A DNA stretch of 64,000 bases, taken from the NCBI GenBank assembly GCA_963804955.1, contig CAWDSQ010000020.1, positions 160,001 to 224,000 of the forward strand, given 5' to 3'. Made by a program: the position numbers and the translations under genes. Position 1 is the first letter of the stretch, and every line of letters starts with the position of its first letter. The notes under the pieces are model-generated. The model saw only the letters and a list, made by a program, of their open reading frames with translations. It made no database searches and had not been told where the DNA came from. Positions 36,954 to 46,681 of the stretch are shown one piece after another. The DNA is from an uncultured delta proteobacterium (lineage in GTDB: Bacteria; Desulfobacterota; WTBG01; CAIYCZ01; CAIRTM01).

Positions 36954-37027
36954 ACGTTTCATCTTGTCATTTGAAAAGCGAAATAGTATATCCCGGCACA
37001 GAGGAGTTTTAACAAGGAGAATTGTCC

Positions 37028-39361
37028 ATGACAAAAATTTTTTTTAAATTAACAGCAGTCATTTTTGCTTGCATGTTCTTTGCGCCATCCCCGGGCTTTC
37101 AGGCTGAAGCATCTTCATCGGTAGCAGCCTGTATGGAATGCCATCCGACGTACTGCCAGGCCTGGCAATCGAATCGTCACGGGCAATCGCTTCTGGAATA
37201 TACCCCGGTACTTTCAGCAGGCCTGCTGACACCGCAGGCTGATGAAATCGCCATAGGTTCATTTCGCTACAGGTTTCTCTCAAATGAACAGGACGCATGG
37301 ATTGAGGAACGAAGCGACAGCAGTCAGTCGCATTACAGAATAGCATTCATGCTGGGCGGCAAAAACATGCTTATTTTTTTGACCCCCTTTGAAAAAGGCA
37401 GGATGCAGATTCTGCCGATTGCGTATAATATTAATGAAAAAAAATGGTTTGACAATTCAGCGGCATCGCTTCCTCATGGCATGCCTCAGGCATCCGGCCA
37501 GGCTGATTGGAAAAGCCGCGCATACATTTTCAATACAACCTGCTTCTCATGCCATATCGGCAGCCAGACTTCATATTATAATAATAAGACCGATACCTAC
37601 CAGCCCCTTGGCGACGAGCGCGGCATTACCTGTCGCTCCTGCCACGGTCCGGTCGATGACCATGTCCGGGTGTGCCGAGCAGCACCAACCGGGCAGGCGC
37701 CTGATGATCTAAAAATTATATCCTTCAAAAATGCATCAGCCGATCAAATCAATTCAATCTGCGCATCATGCCATGCTTCATCAATTCCACTTACGGCATC
37801 ATACGAGACAGGCAGGCCTTTTTATGATTTTTTTGATCTGAAAGGGCTTGAAAACCCGGCTTTTTTTCCCGACGGCAGGAGTTTCGGCAGCAATCATGTT
37901 TATTCGCAGTGGAGAATGAGCCCATGCGTTCAGTCAGGGCAACTGCAGTGCCTGCACTGCCATAGCGGCAGCGGATCGTATCGTTTCACAGAGCCTGTTG
38001 CGGCAAATAATGCCTGCCTGCCCTGTCACAAGGAACGTGTAGAGCATGCTGCCGAACACACGCATCACAAGGCAAAAAGCCCCGGCAGCGTGTGCACGTC
38101 ATGTCACATGCCCATGATTCAACTGCGAGGCATTGAGCAGACCGATCATTCAATGCGGCCCCCTATGCCTGCTGTAGCGCAGACATACAAATCTGCTAAT
38201 GCATGCACGCTCTGCCACGATAAAAAAGACATGGCCTGGGCCGACGTGCATGTTCGAAAGTGGTTCAAGAATGACTATCAGGAGCCGTATCTTAAATCCG
38301 CAATGCTCATACGCGCTGCACGCAGCAGCGACTGGTCCCGGCTTCCGGAGATGCTTTCGTTTATTGAAAATCCGAAAAGGGAGGAAATTGCCGCAGCATC
38401 TCTCATCCGTCTGCTTCGCGACTGTAAAGACACACGAAAATGGCCGGTATTCATTAACAGCCTCAAAAACGATCCGTCGCCACTGGTTCGCTCCGCCGCA
38501 GCCGGTTCACTCATTGGTTCACCTATGGGCGAGACAGCCTCAGTCCTGTTCAATGCAATGAATGACAAGTATGCACTTGTGCGCATCCGCGCAGTGAGTA
38601 TTCTTGCGGTGCTCTCTTCACAAAGCCTTTTGCCCGAATACAGGCCCAGGTTTGAAAAAGCGTTTTTAGAATTTATCGGCATGCTCTCGGCCCGGCCCGA
38701 TGATGCACAGTCGTATTATAACCTTGGCAATCTTTATCTCGAACGCCGCGACATCAAACGTGCTCTTTCAATGTATGAGTATTCCCTCAGGCTCCAGCCG
38801 GAGAGCACTCAGGCTTTGATAAACAGCGCCATGGCGTATTATTATCTCGGACAGCAGCAAGAGGCTGAACAAACCCTCCGTAAAGCGCTTAAAACCTCAC
38901 CTGACAATGCGCAGGCACATGTCACGCTGGGTATGCTGCTTGTCGAACAAAAGCGTACTGTTGAAGCAGAGACTGCATTTCGTAAGGCCCTCAAGAATGA
39001 CCCGTCCAATGCAGCTGCTTATTACAATCTTGCAGTCATGTTCGCCGATGAAAAACCGAAAAACTCACTTGAGTGGTGCCGCAGGGCACATGGGTTCGAG
39101 CCCGATGATCCGAAATATGCCTATACCTATGCTTATTATCTGAACCGGCAGGGCAAACCTGAACTTGCTGTTGCCGTATTAAAAAAAATGGTTGATAAAA
39201 AAGTTTCTCATCCCGAAACATATGCGCTGCTTGCTGAAATTTTTATAAAGCAAAAAAAAATTAAAGAAGCTCGTGGCGTGTACCGGATGGCTTTAGAAAA
39301 TAAAAATCTGCCTGAACAGACGCGATTGGGCTTCATGGATACTCTGCAGAAACTTGATTAG
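37028..39361 (+). CDS. Exported octaheme c-type cytochrome fused to HEAT and TPR repeats
   Basis: Signal peptide; eight CxxCH motifs (CMECH, CFSCH, CRSCH, CASCH, CLHCH, CLPCH, CTSCH, CTLCH); DPSPLVRSAAA HEAT-like repeats; TPR repeats such as YYNLGNLY. Confidence 0.92.
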   Translation: MTKIFFKLTAVIFACMFFAPSPGFQAEASSSVAACMECHPTYCQAWQSNRHGQSLLEYTPVLSAGLLTPQADEIAIGSFRYRFLSNEQDAWIEERSDSSQSHYRIAFMLGGKNMLIFLTPFEKGRMQILPIAYNINEKKWFDNSAASLPHGMPQASGQADWKSRAYIFNTTCFSCHIGSQTSYYNNKTDTYQPLGDERGITCRSCHGPVDDHVRVCRAAPTGQAPDDLKIISFKNASADQINSICASCHASSIPLTASYETGRPFYDFFDLKGLENPAFFPDGRSFGSNHVYSQWRMSPCVQSGQLQCLHCHSGSGSYRFTEPVAANNACLPCHKERVEHAAEHTHHKAKSPGSVCTSCHMPMIQLRGIEQTDHSMRPPMPAVAQTYKSANACTLCHDKKDMAWADVHVRKWFKNDYQEPYLKSAMLIRAARSSDWSRLPEMLSFIENPKREEIAAASLIRLLRDCKDTRKWPVFINSLKNDPSPLVRSAAAGSLIGSPMGETASVLFNAMNDKYALVRIRAVSILAVLSSQSLLPEYRPRFEKAFLEFIGMLSARPDDAQSYYNLGNLYLERRDIKRALSMYEYSLRLQPESTQALINSAMAYYYLGQQQEAEQTLRKALKTSPDNAQAHVTLGMLLVEQKRTVEAETAFRKALKNDPSNAAAYYNLAVMFADEKPKNSLEWCRRAHGFEPDDPKYAYTYAYYLNRQGKPELAVAVLKKMVDKKVSHPETYALLAEIFIKQKKIKEARGVYRMALENKNLPEQTRLGFMDTLQKLD

Positions 39362-39620
39362 CCTACTGGCTGATTGTGTATATGCCGGCGGCAACTATCG
39401 GCAGTCTCAGGGGAACTGGTACAGAATGAGAAAAAAGTTAAGGTTTTATTTGTAATATTCTATTTTTACTTGCTTAATCGTCTCAGACTTAATTATTAAA
39501 TATGAGCGATACGGCAAAATCGCGGGAAAATTTAAAGCTGGTCAAGATTTTTATTTAATGGGCGGCGCCGAATTTTACCATGCAACAAAAATCTGCATGC
39601 GTGCAAAAGCCTCTGAGCAA

Positions 39621-40073
39621 TCAGGGGTTTTTTTTATTGTTTAATGTGTTTGACTGAGGGCGAAAACACCGAGGATAGGAAAGACGGCAAAATATTCGAA
39701 AGGTTAGAAAATACCCCATTGGATAGGGATGATTAAAAATCTGGTCAAGCAGTAAATGGTGTCCCATGCCGATAAGCAGCCCGGTTGTAACCGGCTCCCA
39801 GTTTGATGCCACCGCAATAAGGGCTATGATCAATATTAAATCCCACGAGTGCAACACAAGAAAAACATGGGTCAGTTTGCTGTTGTAATACGTATCGAAA
39901 AACCGCTGCATGTTGTAGGGTGGCCGATGCATGATGACATAGTCGATAAGGTGGTCGGCATCGATGAATATGCCCGAAAAAAGTGTAACTGCTGCCATGA
40001 TTGCCGAATCTGATAAGGCATACGTGGCAGCAGACGCTATGATGGATGCGGCAACGTGATAACGTACCTGCAT
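39621..40073 (-). CDS. Small membrane protein, metal-dependent hydrolase-like (YbcI/DUF457-like)
   Basis: TM helices with H, DxDH, HSW and HLLLD motifs. Confidence 0.6.
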   Translation of the reverse strand: MQVRYHVAASIIASAATYALSDSAIMAAVTLFSGIFIDADHLIDYVIMHRPPYNMQRFFDTYYNSKLTHVFLVLHSWDLILIIALIAVASNWEPVTTGLLIGMGHHLLLDQIFNHPYPMGYFLTFRIFCRLSYPRCFRPQSNTLNNKKNP

Positions 40074-40253
40074 ACTGTTTTACCTGAACGTGATTGCTTA
40101 TACAGTTAGATTGTAAGGATTGTAGCACAGCTGCTCGTCTTTCCTGAATAAAATTATACAGACGGCAGTGCGTGCCGGGCAGGCATACACTCTGAAAGTG
40201 ATAATATCAACTCGAGGATAATCGGGATGTAGTTTATCAAAATAAGGTATTAC

Positions 40254-40674
40254 TCAAACCGGTGCACAATAACCAGGGAGCCAGGGGAACGGACAGGTAG
40301 AAGATGACAAACCTGTGCAGCCGTAAAAAGCATGATGTCCAATATTTCTAACGCTGTCTGGAATGACAACACTGGTTAATCCGACGCAGCCATAAAAGGA
40401 CCTTTGATCAATGGCAGTAACGCTGCCTGGAATGGTAACGCTGGTCAAGCCGGCGCAGTTAAAAAATGCCTGGTAGCCAATGCGTACAACCGGCTTGTCA
40501 TCAATCAAATCTGGAATGACTGCAGCACCGTCAGGACAGCTGTAGCCGGTTATTGTTATAGCCCCATCGGATTCCGTATAGGTAAAATCCCCCCAATGCC
40601 CGGCAAAGGCTGATGAGAATAGAAATACATAAAATCACTAATGAGAAACAGACTATCGATCTTCTGTAGTGCAT
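40254..40674 (-). pseudogene. Truncated BspA/LRR_5 surface protein with one frameshift in the signal region
   Basis: Signal-like start at 40674; GDFTY...ITITGY....AVIP..ID.KPV..IG..AF cap; two LTSVxIPxSVxxI..AF.GC repeats, then a stop. Confidence 0.7.
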
Positions 40675-41318
40675 AATTCCTCTGTTAAATTCTATTACAG
40701 TTAATAGTTAGAGTTGTCCTTAAACACAGAAAAATACAGTTTAATGTCATCAGGAACCGACCTATGGCGATAGTTCTTAAAGAAAGCAACTCAAACACTG
40801 TGTTTTTTTGCTTGCGACCTTTCAAAGCGAAATCAAGCCACTTGTTATGCAGAGGGTTATTGACTTTTCAAAACTATATCTGTCATTCATTGACCACATT
40901 TTTTTATGTGATGTTTTAGTTTGTTTACACATACTGTGCCAACAAAAACACCGTTCCATTTGCTTTACAAAAATGCTTAGAATATACATTAGAAGTTTGC
41001 TTCAATAATCTGAAAATTCTTGTTTTTTATTAGTATGATCTCTTGTAAGGCTCATTATATTTTGATAAATTATTTAAATTAAATGAATTATTTGTTCAGT
41101 ATAGGCTAGAAAATTAAAACTTATGGCATTCAAAATGAGTATTTTTTAACATGAAAAATTACTCACAATGAACACTGCCACTGATTATTATTCGTAAGCG
41201 ATTGCAGCTTGGTATCTGATGAGCAAAAGTGCATCTGCTAAATAAAACATTACGTGGTGCAGAACTGTTTCTTCTTAGGAAGGGGGCATATGGGGCATTG
41301 TGGGTTAATGTCGACTAC

Positions 41319-41356
41319 AAAAAAGGGCAGAACTGTGTACCGTGCCCTGCCCTTTT
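41319..41356 (-). terminator. Terminator after the matrixin operon (possibly bidirectional)
   Basis: AAAAGGGCAG...CTGCCCTTTT inverted repeat with A/T runs on both sides. Confidence 0.75.
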
Positions 41357-41379
41357 CTTCAAAATTAATTGCTGCAGGC

Positions 41380-42294
41380 TCATTCCATCTTTCTTGCAAG
41401 CCGGGCAATGATTTCTAAATATTTCCGTGCAATGGCCTGCATGGCAGGACTGCGGTCAAGTGCTGCATCGATACTTTCAGCATTATTGTAATAAATTTGT
41501 GTAAGTCGTCGCCCGACTGCAGCTGCGGGCAAGGTGACCATCGCGAAAGGTCCGCAGGCTTGCAAGATCAGGATTGTCCTGCCCAAGCACTGTTTCAGCA
41601 GGGCATACTATTGAAATGATTATCGTAGTTGTGGAAGAAGAAACAGTCGTTGTTGTCGATGTGCCAGAGCCTCCGCTGTAAAGATAGCTTATGCCGTTCT
41701 TGTCATCCAGAGTAAGCGAGCGTTTTATCTGTCCCGGGCTGAAGCGATAGTACATTGCCATGGATGTCTGGCTTGGGTCATAGAGGTCCTCCAATGAGAG
41801 TGCATGCCCCAGTTCATGAAGCCCGATGCTCTGAATGTCATAAGCCACTTGTCGACCCGTCCGATGCCCAGGTCAAAATTCTCATTAAACTTTATATCAC
41901 TGTCCAGCAACTGACCTGATGCGGTGTACCAGAACGTATTGACGGCCAGTGTGCTCTCATATCCTGCTCCAAAGGAGCCAAAGCATATCAGATTTATTCC
42001 GTCATTTTCCCCGTAGGCAGTGGCTGTGAGGCCACCCCGGTAGATAAAACTGAAATTGGAAGTCGAAACATCTGTCCATGTCTTTATAGCAGCCTGAATA
42101 GCCTGCAGGCTGCCGGAAGGAAAGCCGGACGTATTTATATAAAAGCCGGCGCTCGAGGTCGACCAGTAAATTTCCGCACCACCATTGGTTTTCGAGACGG
42201 CATACCCATATGCCTGCCTGCTCTGGAAGCACAGAATCAGCACCATCAACGCGCCCAGGACGGCGGCAGTCTGAAGAGGCCGTTTATTTTTCAT
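41380..42294 (-). CDS. Secreted matrixin-like (metzincin) metalloprotease with Ser/Thr linker and CFI-box-CTERM-like tail; split by three extra bases
   Basis: Signal peptide; A..TW, D.DIKFN, HELGHALSLEDL, Met-turn AMY, L..DDKNGI..LY; TSTTTTVSSSTTT linker; CPA...LRTFRD..L...GR....YY tail; joins by removing one base near each of 41874, 41848 and 41524. Confidence 0.8.
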
Positions 42295-42817
42295 CAACAT
42301 AGGTCCTTATTTTTTCAATCAATGTTTCTACTTGTATATTATTGTCCACGTGCTCATCACCGTCTGCAGCGCTAAAGCCCTGTTTTCGGGCAATCAGGTC
42401 GTCTCCGATTGTATATTTGCCCTGTGCCCTGCCTGAAATTCTATATGCAGACCCGCCGCTGAACTTGTTTTCCGTGGCAAGATACAGCAGTACCCGTTCA
42501 CCCTTGCGTAGAGGCGATTCGTCTGTAACCATCATGCCTATGTCGCCAACCTCTCCGCCCGGATACATAACCTGTATTTTTTTTTCAACGGTTTTGCCCT
42601 TGATGATTTCCTTAATGCTGATAACAGCTGTTGTCATTATGGATTTTTTATCAGGAGTCCATTGTGATGAGGTATCCTCAACATTGCCCGTAACAATCAG
42701 CTCTGCATCCTGAGTGAGCTTTTCTGTGCTCAGACCCAGCATAAGCGCATAGGCTGAAGACGATAAAAAGACAAAATAAATGAATGAAAGAATGAAAGGC
42801 GCTTTCTTGAACTGCAT
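42284..42817 (-). CDS. Secreted protein co-transcribed with the protease (propeptide/chaperone-like)
   Basis: Signal peptide; LS.EKL...AELIV.G.V, PGGEVG, GE.VLLYL, QGKY; stop overlaps the protease start. Confidence 0.7.
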   Translation of the reverse strand: MQFKKAPFILSFIYFVFLSSSAYALMLGLSTEKLTQDAELIVTGNVEDTSSQWTPDKKSIMTTAVISIKEIIKGKTVEKKIQVMYPGGEVGDIGMMVTDESPLRKGERVLLYLATENKFSGGSAYRISGRAQGKYTIGDDLIARKQGFSAADGDEHVDNNIQVETLIEKIRTYVDEK

Positions 42818-43069
42818 ATACAAATTCCTTCCTGAAATTCTGGAATCATGGATACATCATGTAAATATATATCAGGGATTAAGCAGAAGCGCCAGACGAG
42901 CACAGCAAATTTTGCCAAAGCAGCTACATGCCCTGGTAAAACCCGCGGTGCAGACGAGGCTAAAAAAGCAGTCAGTTTAATCTTTTTCAGGCAAGAACGT
43001 CCCCCCGGCTGTTTTTTCGGTAAAGTACGTCCCCTGCCCTTTCTGTGTTTTGTCTGCCGGGTTGCGGTA

Positions 43070-43618
43070 TTATTTATCCTCACCCGCTTTTGCAATGGTG
43101 AAGGTGGTTTCATCACCCTGCCTTGAAATCTGTATCGTAAGGCTCGTCTCGGCTTTTTTACCCTGAAGCATAATCATGCCGTTCATGGTCATTTCATTTT
43201 CAATGTTCCAGCCTTTTTGCGGCAGGGCTGACTTGTAAAATGCTTGAACAGTATCTGTGCCGGATGTGGCGCTGAGCGTTGCAACGGCATGCTGTCCGGA
43301 CATAACCTGGCTCATCTTGACTTTTGCCGGGGCGAAAATTGGAATATCCTCAGGAAACCCCTCGACCAGTTTGTCGCTGGCATAGGTCATCTCGATGTTC
43401 TTGCCATCCTGGTTTTTCACCTTGATATGGCCGGTTTTATCATCCCCTTCCATGCTCATGGAACCATCTTTGCTTGTAACCTGAACGCCTTTTGATGTTT
43501 CCTGTACGGCTACGTTCCCTTGAGAAGTCGACACTGTTTTTTCATCGCTGCAGGCAGTAAGTGCTGCTGAATAAAAAAGGATGCAAGCAATACGTAAAGT
43601 CAGGGCCGTTTTATTCAT
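43070..43618 (-). CDS. Hypothetical lipoprotein
   Basis: Lipobox LTAC, AAAGGA RBS, GFP.DIPI and FYK..L...GW motifs. Confidence 0.75.
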   Translation of the reverse strand: MNKTALTLRIACILFYSAALTACSDEKTVSTSQGNVAVQETSKGVQVTSKDGSMSMEGDDKTGHIKVKNQDGKNIEMTYASDKLVEGFPEDIPIFAPAKVKMSQVMSGQHAVATLSATSGTDTVQAFYKSALPQKGWNIENEMTMNGMIMLQGKKAETSLTIQISRQGDETTFTIAKAGEDK

Positions 43619-43918
43619 GGTTATCCTTTCAGCTTATGTGGTTAATGTGGAATAAATAGTAATAATTTCATTATAAAAGCTAGCATGTAAAATTCTTTCC
43701 GACAAGCAGTCTCTGAGATCATGCGGCAGAGGCTCCAGCTGCTTTAAAATTTCGTCTGTGCCTGTTACTTTACTAAAAACACACTGTTCTCACGGGCCGA
43801 TACAACCATCATACAGTACTGTAATAATGCTGTTCGTTTTTTTTAGCGAATTTTATTTAAAAATAATTTTTAATCCGGTATACAGTATCATATACTTCTT
43901 TCGAAGTCTGGTTTCAAT

Positions 43919-44362
43919 ATGTTCGAGAATACACCCTATAACCGTCGTCTATACCAGCGCGAAAAAGTCGAGCTTATTGCCCGGTATTTCATACAGGACA
44001 AAAGTTTGAAATTCATGGGATGCACTGTTGTTAATTTAAGCCGGAATGGCGCCGGAGCCCTCTTTCCCCAAAAAGAAAAGCTTGAAGAAGGAGATGTCAT
44101 TTTACTTGATATAATAGCGCCCATAACATTTCAGCAGCTGCGACTGAAGGGAGCAGTCAAACGAACACAGAAACGCGGTAATGTAATGTATGCGGGAATT
44201 TTATTTTCGGAAATTCTGCCTGATGAGTCTTTTAAAATCCTGTGCAGTGTCGTAGACAGAGACTGCACCTCATGCTGGTATCCCCTGCCCTTTTTCGCGA
44301 TACGGGCCCGCTCTTGCAAAAGAACAGGAATAAGCGTACTGTCCGCTCATGCGGTACAGTGA
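43919..44362 (+). CDS. PilZ domain protein
   Basis: RRLYQR (RxxxR) and NLSRNG (D/NxSxxG), GILF; the odd tail may be an indel-caused extension past a TAG near 44253. Confidence 0.8.
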   Translation: MFENTPYNRRLYQREKVELIARYFIQDKSLKFMGCTVVNLSRNGAGALFPQKEKLEEGDVILLDIIAPITFQQLRLKGAVKRTQKRGNVMYAGILFSEILPDESFKILCSVVDRDCTSCWYPLPFFAIRARSCKRTGISVLSAHAVQ

Positions 44363-44443
44363 ATTGTCTATAGACAGGCTTTTTAGAGGACTCTGCCGGG
44401 TGCTTTCCGTTATGAGCATAGTATATTCCAGGAGAGGATTTTT

Positions 44444-46216
44444 ATGAATTCAGCCGAGCATATCAAACAATTTTATCTTCACCATCTTAAAGCTGCACAG
44501 TTTGAAGGCTATCAATTGCAGGCGCCGTGCCCTTTTTGCTCTCCTTCAGAAAATGCGGCAGCAGGACAGCTGATCGTTGACCTTGACCCGGAAAGTTTTT
44601 TTTACGGCTATTTCAGGTGCCTCAATAGATGCAGGCCGGGAGGATATGCACCGCATTTTGGCCGGCTGCTCCACCTTGACCCCAAGCTGGTGCCGGGCTA
44701 TGACCCCGACCGAACGCCCTATGTGCGCAGTATTGTTTTTCCATCCAAAAATTTAAACCCCGACATTAGAAAAAATCAAAGCCTGTTGTCAAAACCCCAG
44801 TATGATTACTTTGCACTTTTCGGCGTATCAAAAGGGGCTGTAGATGAAGTGAGAATCGGATTTAACGGACGTTATTTCATTTATCCCTATTTTCTCGAAG
44901 ACGCCAATTGTTATGCCGCACGCTGCATTCTGCCTTCCAATGATGCGGATAATTTCTGGATGGGCGATGAAAAATTTTACGGTCCGGAATTTCAAATTTT
45001 TAATGCCGAAGAAATTGATCGCTGCGAAGACGGCGCAATTTTTATCACCGACGGCGAAAAAAATCTCCTCACCCTGAAGGAGCTCGGCTACCCGTGCATT
45101 GCCGTGCCCAGTATAGCGGCGCTTGAAGCCCTGGACCCGCAGCGGTTCGTGCATCTGAAACATGTACTTATTGTACTTAAAAATTCTCCTGAAGCACTCG
45201 CCTCAGCCCAGATTCTTGCAACAGGCCTCGGGTTCAAGGTGCGCATACTCAAATGGCCGGCCAATCTGAAACGCGACTATCACTTGCTACAACTGGCCAA
45301 AGAGAAAGGCTCTGACTTCGGCAAGGAAGTCGAGAATATGATAAAGAGCTCCCGGGCCTTTTCGCCGTTTTCTTCCCCTGAACGGGAGCATATTGATTTT
45401 TTAGACGGACTTGAGAAAAATATAGGTAAAAGCCTGTTGGGCGTGCCGACTGGTTTTGCCAAGCTTGATCTTGCCTTAAACGGCCTTCGCGGCATCAATA
45501 TCATGGGCGGTCAACCTAAAGCGGGCAAATCCTGTTTTTTTATGCAGCTTTCCACAGAAGCGGCCAGACAAAGTATGCCGGTCATTTATTATGACTTTGA
45601 AAACGGCCGCCAAAAAATTTATCAGAGAACCCTCTGCCGCTTAAGCAGGCTTTCAGAAGAAGAGCTGAGAAAAGCCAGTCATGAAGCCGATGCCGATGAA
45701 CGGCTAAACATTGCCCATGATGAATTAAAAAAAATGCTCAACTATTTCCGGGTTGTAACGGACCGGAAGTTGAGCCCGGACATAATGCGCCGCCAGGTCG
45801 ATTTCATAAAGCATGAGACACGGCTTGATACATGCCTTGTCGTCATAGACAGCCTCCATAAGCTGCCCTTCAAAAATCTGTCTGAGCGGCGCACCGGTAT
45901 AGATGAGTGGCTTCGGCAAATGGAGACCATACGCGATGAGCAGAATGTAGCATTTTTAGTTATTTCGGAATTATCCCGTGGCGTCGAAAACAGCTATAAC
46001 CAAAAGCCGGATATGGGCTTATTTAAGGAATCAGGCGACATAGAATACAGTGCCGACAATGCCATTATTCTGCAGCCCAACTGGGATCTGCTTGATCCTA
46101 TGTCAACGCAGGAGCGCAAAAACACCCTGTGGCTGGTTGCGAGCCGTGAAAACAACCCCGGCATGGTTTCGGAATATGCGCTTGATTACCCGTTTTGGGG
46201 TTTTAAGGAGCTGTAG
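44444..46216 (+). CDS. Primase-helicase-like fusion: C4 Zn ribbon, degenerate TOPRIM, DnaB/SF4-like ATPase
   Basis: CPFC...CLNRC; IFITDGEKN; GVPTGFAKLD, GQPKAGKS, YYDFEN, VVIDSLH, ISELSR, KESGDIEYSAD; GGAGAGGA RBS. Confidence 0.85.
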   Translation: MNSAEHIKQFYLHHLKAAQFEGYQLQAPCPFCSPSENAAAGQLIVDLDPESFFYGYFRCLNRCRPGGYAPHFGRLLHLDPKLVPGYDPDRTPYVRSIVFPSKNLNPDIRKNQSLLSKPQYDYFALFGVSKGAVDEVRIGFNGRYFIYPYFLEDANCYAARCILPSNDADNFWMGDEKFYGPEFQIFNAEEIDRCEDGAIFITDGEKNLLTLKELGYPCIAVPSIAALEALDPQRFVHLKHVLIVLKNSPEALASAQILATGLGFKVRILKWPANLKRDYHLLQLAKEKGSDFGKEVENMIKSSRAFSPFSSPEREHIDFLDGLEKNIGKSLLGVPTGFAKLDLALNGLRGINIMGGQPKAGKSCFFMQLSTEAARQSMPVIYYDFENGRQKIYQRTLCRLSRLSEEELRKASHEADADERLNIAHDELKKMLNYFRVVTDRKLSPDIMRRQVDFIKHETRLDTCLVVIDSLHKLPFKNLSERRTGIDEWLRQMETIRDEQNVAFLVISELSRGVENSYNQKPDMGLFKESGDIEYSADNAIILQPNWDLLDPMSTQERKNTLWLVASRENNPGMVSEYALDYPFWGFKEL

Positions 46217-46243
46217 CAGCACGCTGACCATAGAACTTTTGCT

Positions 46244-46552
46244 ATGATAAAGCATTATAAAGCGCGGGCTCTTGTCTGGAGCGTTGCAGGAATCATCACA
46301 CAGGTTCTGGGCCTTGCGGGCGTTTTTTCAAGCAGGCCGGCCACAGATGATCTGAACCCGGCATGGGCCGGAGCGCTCCTTCTTCTCATCGGTACAGGCA
46401 TACTCTGCTTCGGCCTCTACTTTTACGCTTTGGCAAAAAATCGGCGCGCCGTGTGGTCACTGGCAGGCTTTCTCAGCCTGCCCGGTTTTCTCATAGTGCA
46501 CTTCCTGGCCGACACCAGTAAAGATACTGCTAAAAAACGAAAACAATCCTGA
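46244..46552 (+). CDS. Small membrane protein (3 TM)
   Basis: Three hydrophobic segments; A..K.R...W motif; follows the helicase gene by 27 nt. Confidence 0.7.
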   Translation: MIKHYKARALVWSVAGIITQVLGLAGVFSSRPATDDLNPAWAGALLLLIGTGILCFGLYFYALAKNRRAVWSLAGFLSLPGFLIVHFLADTSKDTAKKRKQS

Positions 46553-46681
46553 TCCTGATGACAGGGTGGAGTTTCGGGTGACACAGCAGAACTGATCTCC
46601 GGGGTCTTCCAGGCAGCGCTACAGGTAAAGAGAACCCCTTCCCCTCTGTGTTGCAAAGCTCATTGCACATGCAGCATGAAT

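Noticed and set aside
36783..37047. Short ORFs on both strands
   Set aside because: They overlap tRNA-Pro and its terminator
42950..43065. c-di-GMP-I riboswitch upstream of the protease operon (two GGGACG on the minus strand)
   Set aside because: Lacks the GGCAAA...GAAA...GACGCAAAG arrangement and the second stem; only a short GGGGACGT direct repeat
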